A stretch of DNA of 64,000 nucleotides from Candidatus Latescibacterota bacterium (GCA_965222605.1 OZ244960.1:1664001-1728000); one strand, 5' to 3'; positions 30,507 to 39,650 are shown, counted from the first letter of the stretch. Notes: a model not told the origin generated them from the sequence alone. Numbers and translations are program-made.

Positions 30507-31277
30507 TTACACCAATACATCTGGCCGGTCGTGTACGCCGGGAAGCGTCAAAATCCGCTTCTGTTGCTCAGTCAACCCCTCATAAACCGAACGATCGTAC
30601 CCCTTTGGCGCAGAAATCAAATGCCCTGGACCGTATTTGTAAAGCAATACCCTGCGCTCGTGGTCTGCCCGCCACGGCAGTGTGCCGTGTACCAATGCCT
30701 CCGTAAAAAAGATCGCATCGCCCGCTCTTGCCTCTGGCTGGACAACATAGTGCGGAACCCGATCAAACCGCTGCACATCGCGCGGCAAATCCATCCTGAA
30801 ATTGCTCTTGTGACTACCCCGCACACAGGCAAATCCCCCATCTCCCGCATCTGCATCCGACAACACATATGTCAACACCGACAAACCACACTGCATCACC
30901 CCATCTCGATATCTGTAATAATGGTGAAACAACTTCGGCTGGCCGCCGTGCAAACTGCCGCGCCTCCCATTCTTCATCATAAAAATGGCATAATCGTGAT
31001 CCAGGCGGAACTTCGGTCCCAGAAATTCAATTAGATAAGGCAACACTTTGGGATGATCGATTAAATTCCGACACGCCACATCCCAATCTATAATACTCGG
31101 TGCGCGACGCACACCTTTAGCATTGCCAAAAGCGCCATCTGCTTCCACATCGTCGTAATCCCTGGGAAATTCTCGGTCCGCCACCCCATTGAGCACCTCC
31201 AATTCCTCCTGGCTCAACACATCTTTAATCACCAGATACCCGTCGAGATCAAACATGAACTTTTCTTCTGGGGTCAT
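30507..31277 (-). CDS. PhyH-family Fe/2OG enzyme, HxG variant
   Basis: FDLDGYLV, SLHGG, GGFACVRGSHK, GDAIFFTEALVHG..W....ERR. Confidence 0.82.
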   Translation of the reverse strand: MTPEEKFMFDLDGYLVIKDVLSQEELEVLNGVADREFPRDYDDVEADGAFGNAKGVRRAPSIIDWDVACRNLIDHPKVLPYLIEFLGPKFRLDHDYAIFMMKNGRRGSLHGGQPKLFHHYYRYRDGVMQCGLSVLTYVLSDADAGDGGFACVRGSHKSNFRMDLPRDVQRFDRVPHYVVQPEARAGDAIFFTEALVHGTLPWRADHERRVLLYKYGPGHLISAPKGYDRSVYEGLTEQQKRILTLPGVHDRPDVLV

Positions 31278-31288
31278 ATCGCATACTC

Positions 31289-32425
31289 CTATCGATAGGG
31301 CAATGGCTTGGGATCGAGCCATTCTACAATTCGATCTTTAATTGCCCATGCAAAAAAGAAATTCCCGCGCGGCGTATGATGCCCAATATAATACGGTGCC
31401 AAAAACGCCTGCACATCCCCCCGATATGTCGCGTATTCTTCCCGAAAAGCATCGCGCAAATCGATCACCGGCACATTCTTTGTCGCCAACCAATCCAAAA
31501 ACGTCTGGTCAAAAAGCGGCTCACCTTCTAATGCCCGAGCCACATTGCTCGAACCAAACGACAAAATCACCAGCAGCTTCTTCCCATTTGTCTTCGCAAA
31601 AGCCTCGGCCTTTTCAATCACAAACCGCGTCGCAAACAAAGCCGCCTCGGTATGCAAGCTGTAAACCTCGGCATCTGATTCCGCATTCTCGAGTTCTCCC
31701 CCCATCTTTTCCGCCATTGCCGACGCATCTTCCAAACTGCCTTTGCGCGCCATAACCGCGTGCAAAATTGGATCGTCGCCAAAGGACTCCCACACCCAAT
31801 CCGCATCGCATAGCCGATAGAGTTCTTCGGGAGCCTTGCACAAATTCTCGCGTTCCTCCACAGTGCCACTTTCCAGATTCACGCGCAAATGCGGCAGCGT
31901 AAACCGCCCTTGTCGCCCCATGCGAATGGACCGCCACGCATCCAAATTGCGAAAGTGATCGTCGTCCCACACATTCAAAATCACGTATTCGGCGGGATAC
32001 TCCCTCTCCACAAGTAACATTCGCCGATACGCCTGATACACACTGTGCCCACCAATGCCGTAATTGCGAACAGGTTCCAGCAGATGCGCGGCCAAATACT
32101 CCTGCCATGTCTCCCCATTACTCACCTGATCGCAATGCGTAAAGCTATTCCCATACGTATGGATACGGCACGGGCGATCCGCATAATTGACCACCTGCCG
32201 CGCACCGTCTTTCTCATAAGCATAAAACCCGCGCGAATCATCCACGCTACCGCCGCGAAACCCATCGCAAACCACCCATCCGATATCGGGATCAAACGCC
32301 GACTGTGCATTATTACACATAATCCTCGCCAACTCTGCCGGCACATCTGCCCTGACAGGCGTCACAAAATGATCTACCATCTCGCGCGTTGGCATAATTG
32401 ATTCCAAATATTCTCGTCCTGTCAT
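31289..32425 (-). CDS. SGNH/GDSL-like hypothetical protein
   Basis: YGNSFT, VRNYGIGG, GHHTPRGN blocks. Confidence 0.6.
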   Translation of the reverse strand: MTGREYLESIMPTREMVDHFVTPVRADVPAELARIMCNNAQSAFDPDIGWVVCDGFRGGSVDDSRGFYAYEKDGARQVVNYADRPCRIHTYGNSFTHCDQVSNGETWQEYLAAHLLEPVRNYGIGGHSVYQAYRRMLLVEREYPAEYVILNVWDDDHFRNLDAWRSIRMGRQGRFTLPHLRVNLESGTVEERENLCKAPEELYRLCDADWVWESFGDDPILHAVMARKGSLEDASAMAEKMGGELENAESDAEVYSLHTEAALFATRFVIEKAEAFAKTNGKKLLVILSFGSSNVARALEGEPLFDQTFLDWLATKNVPVIDLRDAFREEYATYRGDVQAFLAPYYIGHHTPRGNFFFAWAIKDRIVEWLDPKPLPYR

Positions 32426-32445
32426 TGCCATCTCCTCGTATCTTT

Positions 32446-32472
32446 GGGCGGGCACAGGGGCACCGCCCCTAC
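32446..32472 (-). repeat. GTAG-type REP-like palindrome
   Basis: GTAG-GGGCGG-TGCCCCTGTGC-CCGCCC on the minus strand, intergenic. Confidence 0.6.
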
Positions 32473-32488
32473 GTCTTGTATCTTACGT

Positions 32489-32523
32489 TTTACCGGTGTT
32501 TATCGGTGTTCATCTGTGGTTGC
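32489..32523 (+). repeat. 10-bp tandem repeat x3 ending in GTTGC (dispersed element, copy 1)
   Basis: tttaccggtg tttatcggtg ttcatctgtg gttgc; related copy at 43129. Confidence 0.6.
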
Positions 32524-33079
32524 ATCTCACGCCTTTCTCATCTCGCTTCCTGATCAATCGAGCCGGTGTACCTCCAACCACCGAATACGGTTCCACATCG
32601 CGCGTTACAACCGCGCCCGCACCCACAATACTGTGCGCGCCAATACGCACCCCGCCAATAACCACGGCATTTGCGCCAAACCACACATCATCTTCTACGA
32701 CAATCTCCCGCTTTTGCACCTTTTGTTCCACCATCGGAATATCGATTCGATCGTACCCGTGTCCCACGCTCGCAAAAACCACATGTGCCGCCACCGCCAC
32801 ATAATTGCCAATGGTCAAAGGCCCGTACAACACGCTATATGGCGCAAAATGCGTGTGGCTACCAATATCGACCCACGCGCCACAGGGATTCACAAAAACC
32901 CCATTGTGAAACGCCACATCGTCGCCAATACGCACCAATTCTGGATGCCAAATATCGACCAGCGGATCAAAATGAACCGACTCCCCAATCGCCTTAAACG
33001 CCGATCGGTCTATCTCAAACATAAGCGCATCCTCAAAGCGTCCCGACACGCGACCATTGGGGCATAATGAAGTTGCCAT
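32510..33079 (-). CDS. Hexapeptide-repeat (LbH) acyltransferase
   Basis: VEDDVWFGANAVVIGGVRIG..SIVGAGAVVTRDV..YSVVGGTPAR. Confidence 0.9.
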   Translation of the reverse strand: MATSLCPNGRVSGRFEDALMFEIDRSAFKAIGESVHFDPLVDIWHPELVRIGDDVAFHNGVFVNPCGAWVDIGSHTHFAPYSVLYGPLTIGNYVAVAAHVVFASVGHGYDRIDIPMVEQKVQKREIVVEDDVWFGANAVVIGGVRIGAHSIVGAGAVVTRDVEPYSVVGGTPARLIRKRDEKGVRCNHR

Positions 33080-33102
33080 TGCTATTATGCATTCAATCTG
33101 AT

Positions 33103-33342
33103 TTAAATATCTACTGTAAGAACTTTGCCCACTTCGCGTAGAGGCGTTTCACCTGCTTTCAACTTTTGTGTCACATCTTCTAAATACTGCATCGTTTGCC
33201 GGTCATAATACCATTCACCACACGTCCCGCAAACCGGTACATGGATCGGCACATAGACGATATCCGAACCAACTTTTACCTCTTCCTTGACATCCATAGA
33301 ACAAATATCATCGCTGTGACATACGATACACTCAAGCGGCAT
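33103..33342 (-). CDS. YgiT/MqsA-type zinc finger protein
   Basis: CIVC...VPVCGTCGEWYYD; GGAGG RBS. Confidence 0.82.
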   Translation of the reverse strand: MPLECIVCHSDDICSMDVKEEVKVGSDIVYVPIHVPVCGTCGEWYYDRQTMQYLEDVTQKLKAGETPLREVGKVLTVDI

Positions 33343-33553
33343 ATTCAACGACCTCCAACTTCGATGCCGTATCAACCGCTTCAAGAATTGTTTCGACGCG
33401 TTCCATCACAAAATCATCCAACAAAAATTCACGACACTGACTGCATTGATGGATGGGCAAGTCTTCGACAATCACAATTTTTTTGTAGCTCACTTTAAAA
33501 GGCAAATTTGTCACAACAGACTCCAATTTAGCCCCACAGACATGGCATTTCAT
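33332..33553 (-). CDS. YgiT/MqsA-type zinc finger protein
   Basis: MKCHVCG...DLPIHQCSQCRE. Confidence 0.85.
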   Translation of the reverse strand: MKCHVCGAKLESVVTNLPFKVSYKKIVIVEDLPIHQCSQCREFLLDDFVMERVETILEAVDTASKLEVVEYAA

Positions 33554-33558
33554 AACGA

Positions 33559-33879
33559 TTATCTCCTTGTTTTGAAATCCGGCTCCCACTCTTCTATATC
33601 GGGAAAATAAGCTGTTACAATCCGAATATTTCGATTTGCAACATCAGTAGCAAATAGGATATGAAGAGGCCGCTCCCCTTGTTGTGCATACACAAGATAG
33701 CTTGGTAAGTATTTATCATCGGGATAAGATTCAATAATCTCGTATGTCTCAACAGACTCCAGAATCATCTGGCGAGTCATAGACCGTTCTCTGAGACGCA
33801 TATTGATATGGTAAGTCCATAGAATTGATCTTTGCTTGATGCACTGTTGAATAAATTCCAATGGATTTTCTGGTAGCAT
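33559..33879 (-). CDS. DUF4258 protein (putative RelE-like toxin)
   Basis: WTYHINMRLRER, IIESYPDDKYLPSYL, IVTAYFPD..EW..DFKTRR. Confidence 0.82.
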   Translation of the reverse strand: MLPENPLEFIQQCIKQRSILWTYHINMRLRERSMTRQMILESVETYEIIESYPDDKYLPSYLVYAQQGERPLHILFATDVANRNIRIVTAYFPDIEEWEPDFKTRR

Positions 33880-33899
33880 ATTTTAAAGCCTGTGAGTTC

Positions 33900-34076
33900 T
33901 CAATCAAACGCTTCTTTACCAAACGCCTCAATATGAAACCGAATGGCAGATTTTACATCTGTCAATGCCTCTTCATAAGTATCTCCCTGCCCAACGACGA
34001 CCCCCTTCATACCGAACGGATATCCCACATAACCATCGGAATATCTTTCAACGATAATTCTAAAATTTTTCACCAT
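33900..34076 (-). CDS. HicB-family antitoxin (58 aa, not in the ORF track)
   Basis: Manual translation MVKNFRIIVERYSDGYVGYPFGMKGVVVGQGDTYEEALTDVKSAIRFHIEAFGKEAFD; AAGGAG RBS. Confidence 0.8.
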   Translation of the reverse strand: MVKNFRIIVERYSDGYVGYPFGMKGVVVGQGDTYEEALTDVKSAIRFHIEAFGKEAFD

Positions 34077-34106
34077 ATCTCCTTATCTGACAAAAGGCAA
34101 AGTGTT

Positions 34107-34298
34107 TCACAGCACCTTTGTAGCGTATTCCAAAACACCATTCACATCTTCAACTGTCAGTACCGGATACGCCTCTACAACCGCTTGATGTGACATGTTG
34201 TTTGACAACAAGCCTAATATATGCTCAACACTCAATCGTGTACCTTCAACAACCAGTTTCCCACCCAGAATACCTGGATCTGAAATAATTTCCTTCAT
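34107..34298 (-). CDS. DUF433 family protein (antitoxin-like)
   Basis: DPGILGGK..V.GTRLSV..IL, YP.LT.EDV...L.YA. Confidence 0.85.
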   Translation of the reverse strand: MKEIISDPGILGGKLVVEGTRLSVEHILGLLSNNMSHQAVVEAYPVLTVEDVNGVLEYATKVL

Positions 34299-34301
34299 GT
34301 T

Positions 34302-35402
34302 TTATCTCCGACCGAATTCAATCAACACCTCGCGCAAACGCCTTGCAACGATCACATCCTCTCCCGACTCCATCATATAGGACATCACTTCCACGCCATT
34401 ATCGTGGGTGAACATCTCAATGCGCGGATCGCCATCTGACAACTGCTGCTGGATCTCCTCTGGCGCAATCGGCAATACTGTGCGATCCCAGTGAATCTCC
34501 AGAATCGGCGCCACATTAGACCGCCCGGGGTCTCGCATCCGCATCGTCACCGACGGCAAATCCGCAACCGCATCGCCAATCACCTGCAACCATTGCTCCC
34601 ACTCTGCCCACTCGGCATCGTGATCGCGCAGCACCCACTTCTCCACCGCAGCCAGCAATCCCATCACCTCCTCCTTACCCGCCTTCATCGCCCGCCCCAG
34701 CGAATGATGCGGCGCGCCATTGACAAACGCCGCCTGCAAAATATCCTTTCGCCCCAGCACCAACCCCGACGACTGAGGACCCCGCAAACACTTGCCCCCG
34801 CTATAAGCCACAACATCTGCGCCCGCTTGCAAATACGTATTGGGCACATCTGGCCGCTCTGCTGCGGCATCCACAAATACCGGCACACCCTTGCGATGAC
34901 AAATCGCCACCACATCTTCAAGCGGAATATCGCTATTATCCGTTTGATCCCCAAAAAACGCAAACATCGCCGTGCGATCATCAATCGCAGAAGAAAGCGC
35001 GTCGTGATCTTCCACCTCCACCATCTCCACGCCCACCGCCCGAATCGCATGCGTATAAATGTGCAAATGCCCCGGCTGATACAACACCCGATTCTTCATC
35101 CCCCTTGTATCGGGCAATTGCACGATCATATCCGGATCATCCCCCGCCACACACGCCGACGTCACCTGCGTCAGCGCCGCGGCGCATCCATTTGTCACCA
35201 GCCCCCACTCGCATTGCATCAACTCGGCAATGCGCGCCCCCACCGCATCCATCAACTCATCCAAATGCACATACGCCTTCGCCGCTTCCATCATCGCCTC
35301 GCGCACCTCGGGCAACATCAGCGAACCACTGATAATCGTATATGTCCCGCGACAGTTAATCAACGGTCGCACGCCGATTGAACGATAGGTAGGAATAGCC
35401 AT
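34302..35402 (-). CDS. SelA-like PLP-dependent enzyme (DgaE-like)
   Basis: LINCRGTYT..SGS, VDAAAE, YSGGKCLRGPQSSG, RAMKAGKE. Confidence 0.85.
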   Translation of the reverse strand: MAIPTYRSIGVRPLINCRGTYTIISGSLMLPEVREAMMEAAKAYVHLDELMDAVGARIAELMQCEWGLVTNGCAAALTQVTSACVAGDDPDMIVQLPDTRGMKNRVLYQPGHLHIYTHAIRAVGVEMVEVEDHDALSSAIDDRTAMFAFFGDQTDNSDIPLEDVVAICHRKGVPVFVDAAAERPDVPNTYLQAGADVVAYSGGKCLRGPQSSGLVLGRKDILQAAFVNGAPHHSLGRAMKAGKEEVMGLLAAVEKWVLRDHDAEWAEWEQWLQVIGDAVADLPSVTMRMRDPGRSNVAPILEIHWDRTVLPIAPEEIQQQLSDGDPRIEMFTHDNGVEVMSYMMESGEDVIVARRLREVLIEFGRR

Positions 35403-35423
35403 AGTCGTCACCTTCATCGCGCA

Positions 35424-36833
35424 TCAGGCAAAATAGCGCATGTATAAAATATAAATAGCCAGACCAATCATCAGGAGAAAACAGAACAACAACAACATAT
35501 CGGTTTTCAAAGACGGTTTCAGACGCTGGTCGAGATGTCTGTATCGCAAATACAACGTCCCCCCGGCAATTAGAGGAAACTTGATAGCCCCAAACAAATG
35601 CCCTATGGTCAGCATCCAAACCGGATTTTGAAAAAAGAAATACGCCATAGAAGTCACCAGAGGAGACACCACCGCCCAAACGCGCAAAATTCGAACCCGG
35701 GTCTTGTAATCATTGCGCTCGATCAAACCCATCACAGACATCCCATCGGCAAAAATGCGCACACCACCGCCCAGACCGGATATCGCCGTCGAATAAAGCA
35801 CAAAAAAAGCCCCCACCATAAACAACCAGAACGCCCATTCGCCAAGCGTCTGCGTGTACATATTGGAAAGCACGGAAATGGTCTCCAGGCCATCGGGTTG
35901 TTTATTGAGCCGATACAACACACCCGCGCCCAGCATATAAAACGGAATCGTCGCACAGGTCAGCAACCCCAGTGTCAAAAGCACATCGGTTTGCATCACC
36001 CGAATCCATCCCCTCGCGCGCTGCACCCAGGCATCGGACTGATCCGTCGGTCCAGAAAAACGCGCATAGCCCTTTTCCACACACCAATACGTATAAGCCA
36101 TCTGTTCTCCCGAACCCACCCCGGTGCCGCCATACATCGCCAGCGCGGCCAGCAGGGCAAAAGCCGGAAAACCAAACGTCAGCCCACCGCGCACCTCTTC
36201 CCAGGTAATCGCATATTCGGTCAATTGCAACAAAACAGCACATGCGACCGTGATAAACGTAAAAACAACCACCAGAACCGTCATCAGCCTTTCGAGAAAC
36301 CGATACGTCCCGGTCAGAATAATCACAGACGCCGTACCAGCGAGAATAACCGTCCACCATTCCGAGCCGAGAGAAGGCAGAGCCGTGTGAATCGCCTGAC
36401 CAGCACCCCCATAAATACCACCGCTGATCAACTGACCGGGAATAATCCAGAGCAACCAAAAATAGATATACCACGACACCTTCCGCCCGTTAAACGCGGG
36501 CAATTTCCCGGGCAATCGGTTAAAAGCGTGCAAAAAAGGTTCGCCAGAAGCAACCGAAAAACGCGCCAGTTCCGCCTGAACAATATTCTTGCTCCAGCAA
36601 CTCACCAGCACAAACCAGAGCATTGAAAACCCAACAATAGAACCCAAATTCGTCGTCAGAATAATCTCACCAGAACCCACCACAGACCCCACCAGAATCA
36701 GCCCTGGACCGAGAAACTTCAGCGTACCGCGAAGTCCTCGTGGGGGTTCCTGAACTGCCCGTGGATCCAGCGCGTAGAGATCCGGATTTTCATCTTCTCC
36801 CGATGGTTGCACAGTTTTGGATTCTTCTGGCAT
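35424..36833 (-). CDS. Nramp-family (APC fold) transporter
   Basis: LGPGLIL.GS.VGSGE, Y.YWC.EKG, multiple TM segments. Confidence 0.8.
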   Translation of the reverse strand: MPEESKTVQPSGEDENPDLYALDPRAVQEPPRGLRGTLKFLGPGLILVGSVVGSGEIILTTNLGSIVGFSMLWFVLVSCWSKNIVQAELARFSVASGEPFLHAFNRLPGKLPAFNGRKVSWYIYFWLLWIIPGQLISGGIYGGAGQAIHTALPSLGSEWWTVILAGTASVIILTGTYRFLERLMTVLVVVFTFITVACAVLLQLTEYAITWEEVRGGLTFGFPAFALLAALAMYGGTGVGSGEQMAYTYWCVEKGYARFSGPTDQSDAWVQRARGWIRVMQTDVLLTLGLLTCATIPFYMLGAGVLYRLNKQPDGLETISVLSNMYTQTLGEWAFWLFMVGAFFVLYSTAISGLGGGVRIFADGMSVMGLIERNDYKTRVRILRVWAVVSPLVTSMAYFFFQNPVWMLTIGHLFGAIKFPLIAGGTLYLRYRHLDQRLKPSLKTDMLLLFCFLLMIGLAIYILYMRYFA

Positions 36834-36846
36834 ATACCCTCCCTGT

Positions 36847-36943
36847 AAAACAAAAAGCCACCCGGCATGCACAGCGCATTTTCAGGCAGTCCCAGACCAT
36901 TGGCACTACTGACGTTGTGCTGCACATGCGACTCACGGGTGGT
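36847..36943 (-). other. Long rod-like RNA hairpin ending in a U-tract (terminator or structured RNA)
   Basis: Nested stems CCACCCG/CGGGTGG, GCATGTGCAGC/GCTGTGCATGC, TCAGTAGT/ACTGCCTGA, followed by CTTTTTGTTTT. Confidence 0.6.
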
Positions 36944-36967
36944 TATTTACGTGCCGATTTTGAGTAT

Positions 36968-37273
36968 TTAACGACGGCGACGCGACCTGCGTCCACCGCG
37001 GCCAGGGCGCCGACCTCCGCCTCCTTGCGTGTTCGGAGGAGGTGGGCCACCTGTTCCAGAATCGCGGAATGTAATGCGCCCCCGGTTCAGATCATAAGGT
37101 GAGGTCTCAATCGTGACCGTATCGCCCACAACAATGCGAATATTAAAACGGCGCATTTTGCCCGACGTATAACCGAGAATCTGATGCCCTCCCTCAATTT
37201 CAACCTTGTATTGCCCATCGGGCAAAATATCGACAATCGTTCCTTCGAGTACAACTTTTTCTTCTTTTGCCAT
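36968..37273 (-). CDS. infA: Translation initiation factor IF-1 with C-terminal Pro/Gly/Arg extension
   Basis: MAKEE...EG.I...LP, SGKMR..NIRI..GD.V.IE.SPYDL.RGRITFR; GGAGG RBS. Confidence 0.93.
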   Translation of the reverse strand: MAKEEKVVLEGTIVDILPDGQYKVEIEGGHQILGYTSGKMRRFNIRIVVGDTVTIETSPYDLNRGRITFRDSGTGGPPPPNTQGGGGRRPGRGGRRSRRRR

Positions 37274-37446
37274 AAAACCTCCAACTATGGGATGGATAAA
37301 CCGACCACTATCCCTTTTACACAAATTGGGATGCACGCGGATCGACGAATAAAGCCCAAACTTCACTAAGATATAAGAGAAAATTTATGTCCACAAGTAT
37401 TTTTGACACGCGACTAATTTCCAAATTTTATACCAGATCGCACAAC

Positions 37447-38628
37447 TCAAAAAATGCGATACCTCAGAGCAAAAAGAAGACTCTGTCTAAATGGCGACCC
37501 TTCTTCTTTGGAAATTTGCTCAATAGCTGTCAAGCTAATTCTATTTTCGACAAAAAATGTGAAACTGATATTTGAAATATGTCTAAACCTCGCATCCTGC
37601 CCCTGTTCTTTGTTGATGTGCAGTGTATTGGAGGTCACAAAGGCAATTCTATTGGTAATTTCGTAGATAAAATCGACATTCTGCCTGATATTATACTCTC
37701 GCCCAAAATAGTCTCTCTTGAATGGGGTATCCAATTTGAAATCCGTGTTGACCTGCATCCGCCAACTGATAGGTCGGGAATACCGCACATTAATAGCCAT
37801 AGCAGGAGGAGGACGATCTATGTCTTCATCTCTGGTCTGTAATTGATACTGAACCCCCGCATTGACATCCCAACCAAAAAACCGATCGCTGATCTGCTCC
37901 TGTGTGAGTACCTCGCGCATACGAAAGATGCCAATAGGACCGATATTGCCGCCCCCAGTCACAAGACCGGTTTTGTCAATTTCGCTGCTCATATCTGCAT
38001 ACCAGGAGGTCAGGTAGTCACGATCTCCGTAGATATTGCGGTACTCAGCTTCTTTTTCGATAATTTGCCCAAGCGCGATCATCGTGTCTTTGGGCAGAAA
38101 ATCGCTAATAACGCCTTCTTCGAACAAAAAATCCTCGATACGCACGGCTTTGCGCAGGGCGGTAGCATCGATAAATCGGCCATAACCAAGGCCCAAAAAG
38201 ACATCAGCCTGCGGACGATCAAAGCCTTTACGCATCAAAAACTCGGGACTGACAAAATAGAAAAACTTATTGGTTTCCCGAAAATACTTTTGAACCTGTA
38301 TATCGAGATTTGCTTCGTAAGTGCCCGTGCGATCAGAGCCTTCAAATGAAAATTGGCGGAAATATGAGGCTGAACTGTGTGCATCGATAAAATACGCAAA
38401 GGGCAGAGAACTGTAGAATTTCTTGTACACAAAGCCGATTTCGCCCTGTTCGTGTACAACTTCTTTACCCTCAGTCGTCAAATTAAAACTCAAAACATCA
38501 ATGCGTAGATTATCCACCCGACTCACCGGCACTTTGTAGTCAGTGACCGAAACATTTTGCGCCTTTGCCGGTGCTGTAATCAACAGTACTACAAGCATAC
38601 ATGCCTTTAATAGGTATTGTGCATTCAT
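37447..38628 (-). CDS. Hypothetical exported protein, probable outer-membrane beta-barrel
   Basis: Signal peptide (PAKA-Q); amphipathic strands; C-terminal LRYRIF. Confidence 0.65.
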   Translation of the reverse strand: MNAQYLLKACMLVVLLITAPAKAQNVSVTDYKVPVSRVDNLRIDVLSFNLTTEGKEVVHEQGEIGFVYKKFYSSLPFAYFIDAHSSASYFRQFSFEGSDRTGTYEANLDIQVQKYFRETNKFFYFVSPEFLMRKGFDRPQADVFLGLGYGRFIDATALRKAVRIEDFLFEEGVISDFLPKDTMIALGQIIEKEAEYRNIYGDRDYLTSWYADMSSEIDKTGLVTGGGNIGPIGIFRMREVLTQEQISDRFFGWDVNAGVQYQLQTRDEDIDRPPPAMAINVRYSRPISWRMQVNTDFKLDTPFKRDYFGREYNIRQNVDFIYEITNRIAFVTSNTLHINKEQGQDARFRHISNISFTFFVENRISLTAIEQISKEEGSPFRQSLLFALRYRIF

Positions 38629-38702
38629 GGATAGCCTCCGCGATAAGCTATTTGTCTGTCCAGCAGGTTGTTCCCAAGATGAACGAACAGGATATCCGTT
38701 CT

Positions 38703-39650
38703 TCATTCTGTATTCTCCGGGTTCTTTTCAACTGTGGGCCTTGGAATAATAAAGATAATATCATCGTAATCAGCTTCGACAACTGTTTCCGTATTATTTG
38801 AATCGGTGAGCAACCCCAAATAATCTACTGGACGGGGATCACCACCGAACAGACGGCGATAGTCTTGATATGCATTCACTTCTTCCCAAACCCATTTCCC
38901 CAGATCGTCTGTACCGCTGCGCAACACAATCATATGTTGTCTGCTACTCGAAATAACCGTGCCTTTGGGAAGTGTTTCGCTCCAGATGTATTTGAGCGAT
39001 TTGCCCGCCAGAGGATTCAAAGAACTCTTTCCTATGATCAGACGTACAGCAGCGGCACTATCATTTTTGTCATCGTCTGTTTCATCAGACCCCTCTGGAA
39101 AATTGTGTACGCGCCAGCGCCAGCGCAATTTCCGGAATGAACGCAAACTGGCTTTGATTTCTCTGCCGCGATACGTGATCTTTGCTTCTCTCCCAAAATT
39201 TACAGCACCGCCTCTTGTCTTCGCGTTCAGATAATGATTATTGTCTTCTTGTAGGATCCGATAGTAAACATCTTCTTTTTTAGTTTTGCTAAATCGCCAG
39301 CCCGACCGTCCCTCCCAGATCTTGTCGGGATAAGAATTCAAAAATCGCGGATAGTCAAAGGTATCGAGAACACGAGTGGAGTCCCCCGCAGGCGTGACCC
39401 AGTGGGTAGGAGGCTGTGAGGGATCTGTTATTTCAAGTGTGATCGAAGGATCGAGACCTGACCTGGACGGATCGGTCATCGCAGGATCAACAGCCGTAGA
39501 ATCAACAGGTACAGAGACAACCGGTTGAACGCCCGTAGAATCGGGACCGGCAGCAAAGCATGTGCTGGCATACTTAAAGCATGTAGCAAATACCACGAGT
39601 ACGCACAGCCTGAGAACCATGCTTATCAAGTGGGAACGCAATCCCATCAT
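38703..39650 (-). CDS. DUF3047 domain exported protein
   Basis: LRWRWRV, NDSAAAV, LKYIWS, WVWEEVN...DYRRLFG, LLTDSNNT. Confidence 0.8.
   Translation of the reverse strand: MMGLRSHLISMVLRLCVLVVFATCFKYASTCFAAGPDSTGVQPVVSVPVDSTAVDPAMTDPSRSGLDPSITLEITDPSQPPTHWVTPAGDSTRVLDTFDYPRFLNSYPDKIWEGRSGWRFSKTKKEDVYYRILQEDNNHYLNAKTRGGAVNFGREAKITYRGREIKASLRSFRKLRWRWRVHNFPEGSDETDDDKNDSAAAVRLIIGKSSLNPLAGKSLKYIWSETLPKGTVISSSRQHMIVLRSGTDDLGKWVWEEVNAYQDYRRLFGGDPRPVDYLGLLTDSNNTETVVEADYDDIIFIIPRPTVEKNPENTE

Noticed and set aside
34302-35402. True selenocysteine synthase (selA)
   Set aside because: Short SelA-like protein with no selB, selC or selD nearby; fits the DgaE-like paralog group
36857-36943. SRP RNA or tRNA call for the long hairpin
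   Set aside because: No SRP domain IV GNRA/GCAG motif and no cloverleaf
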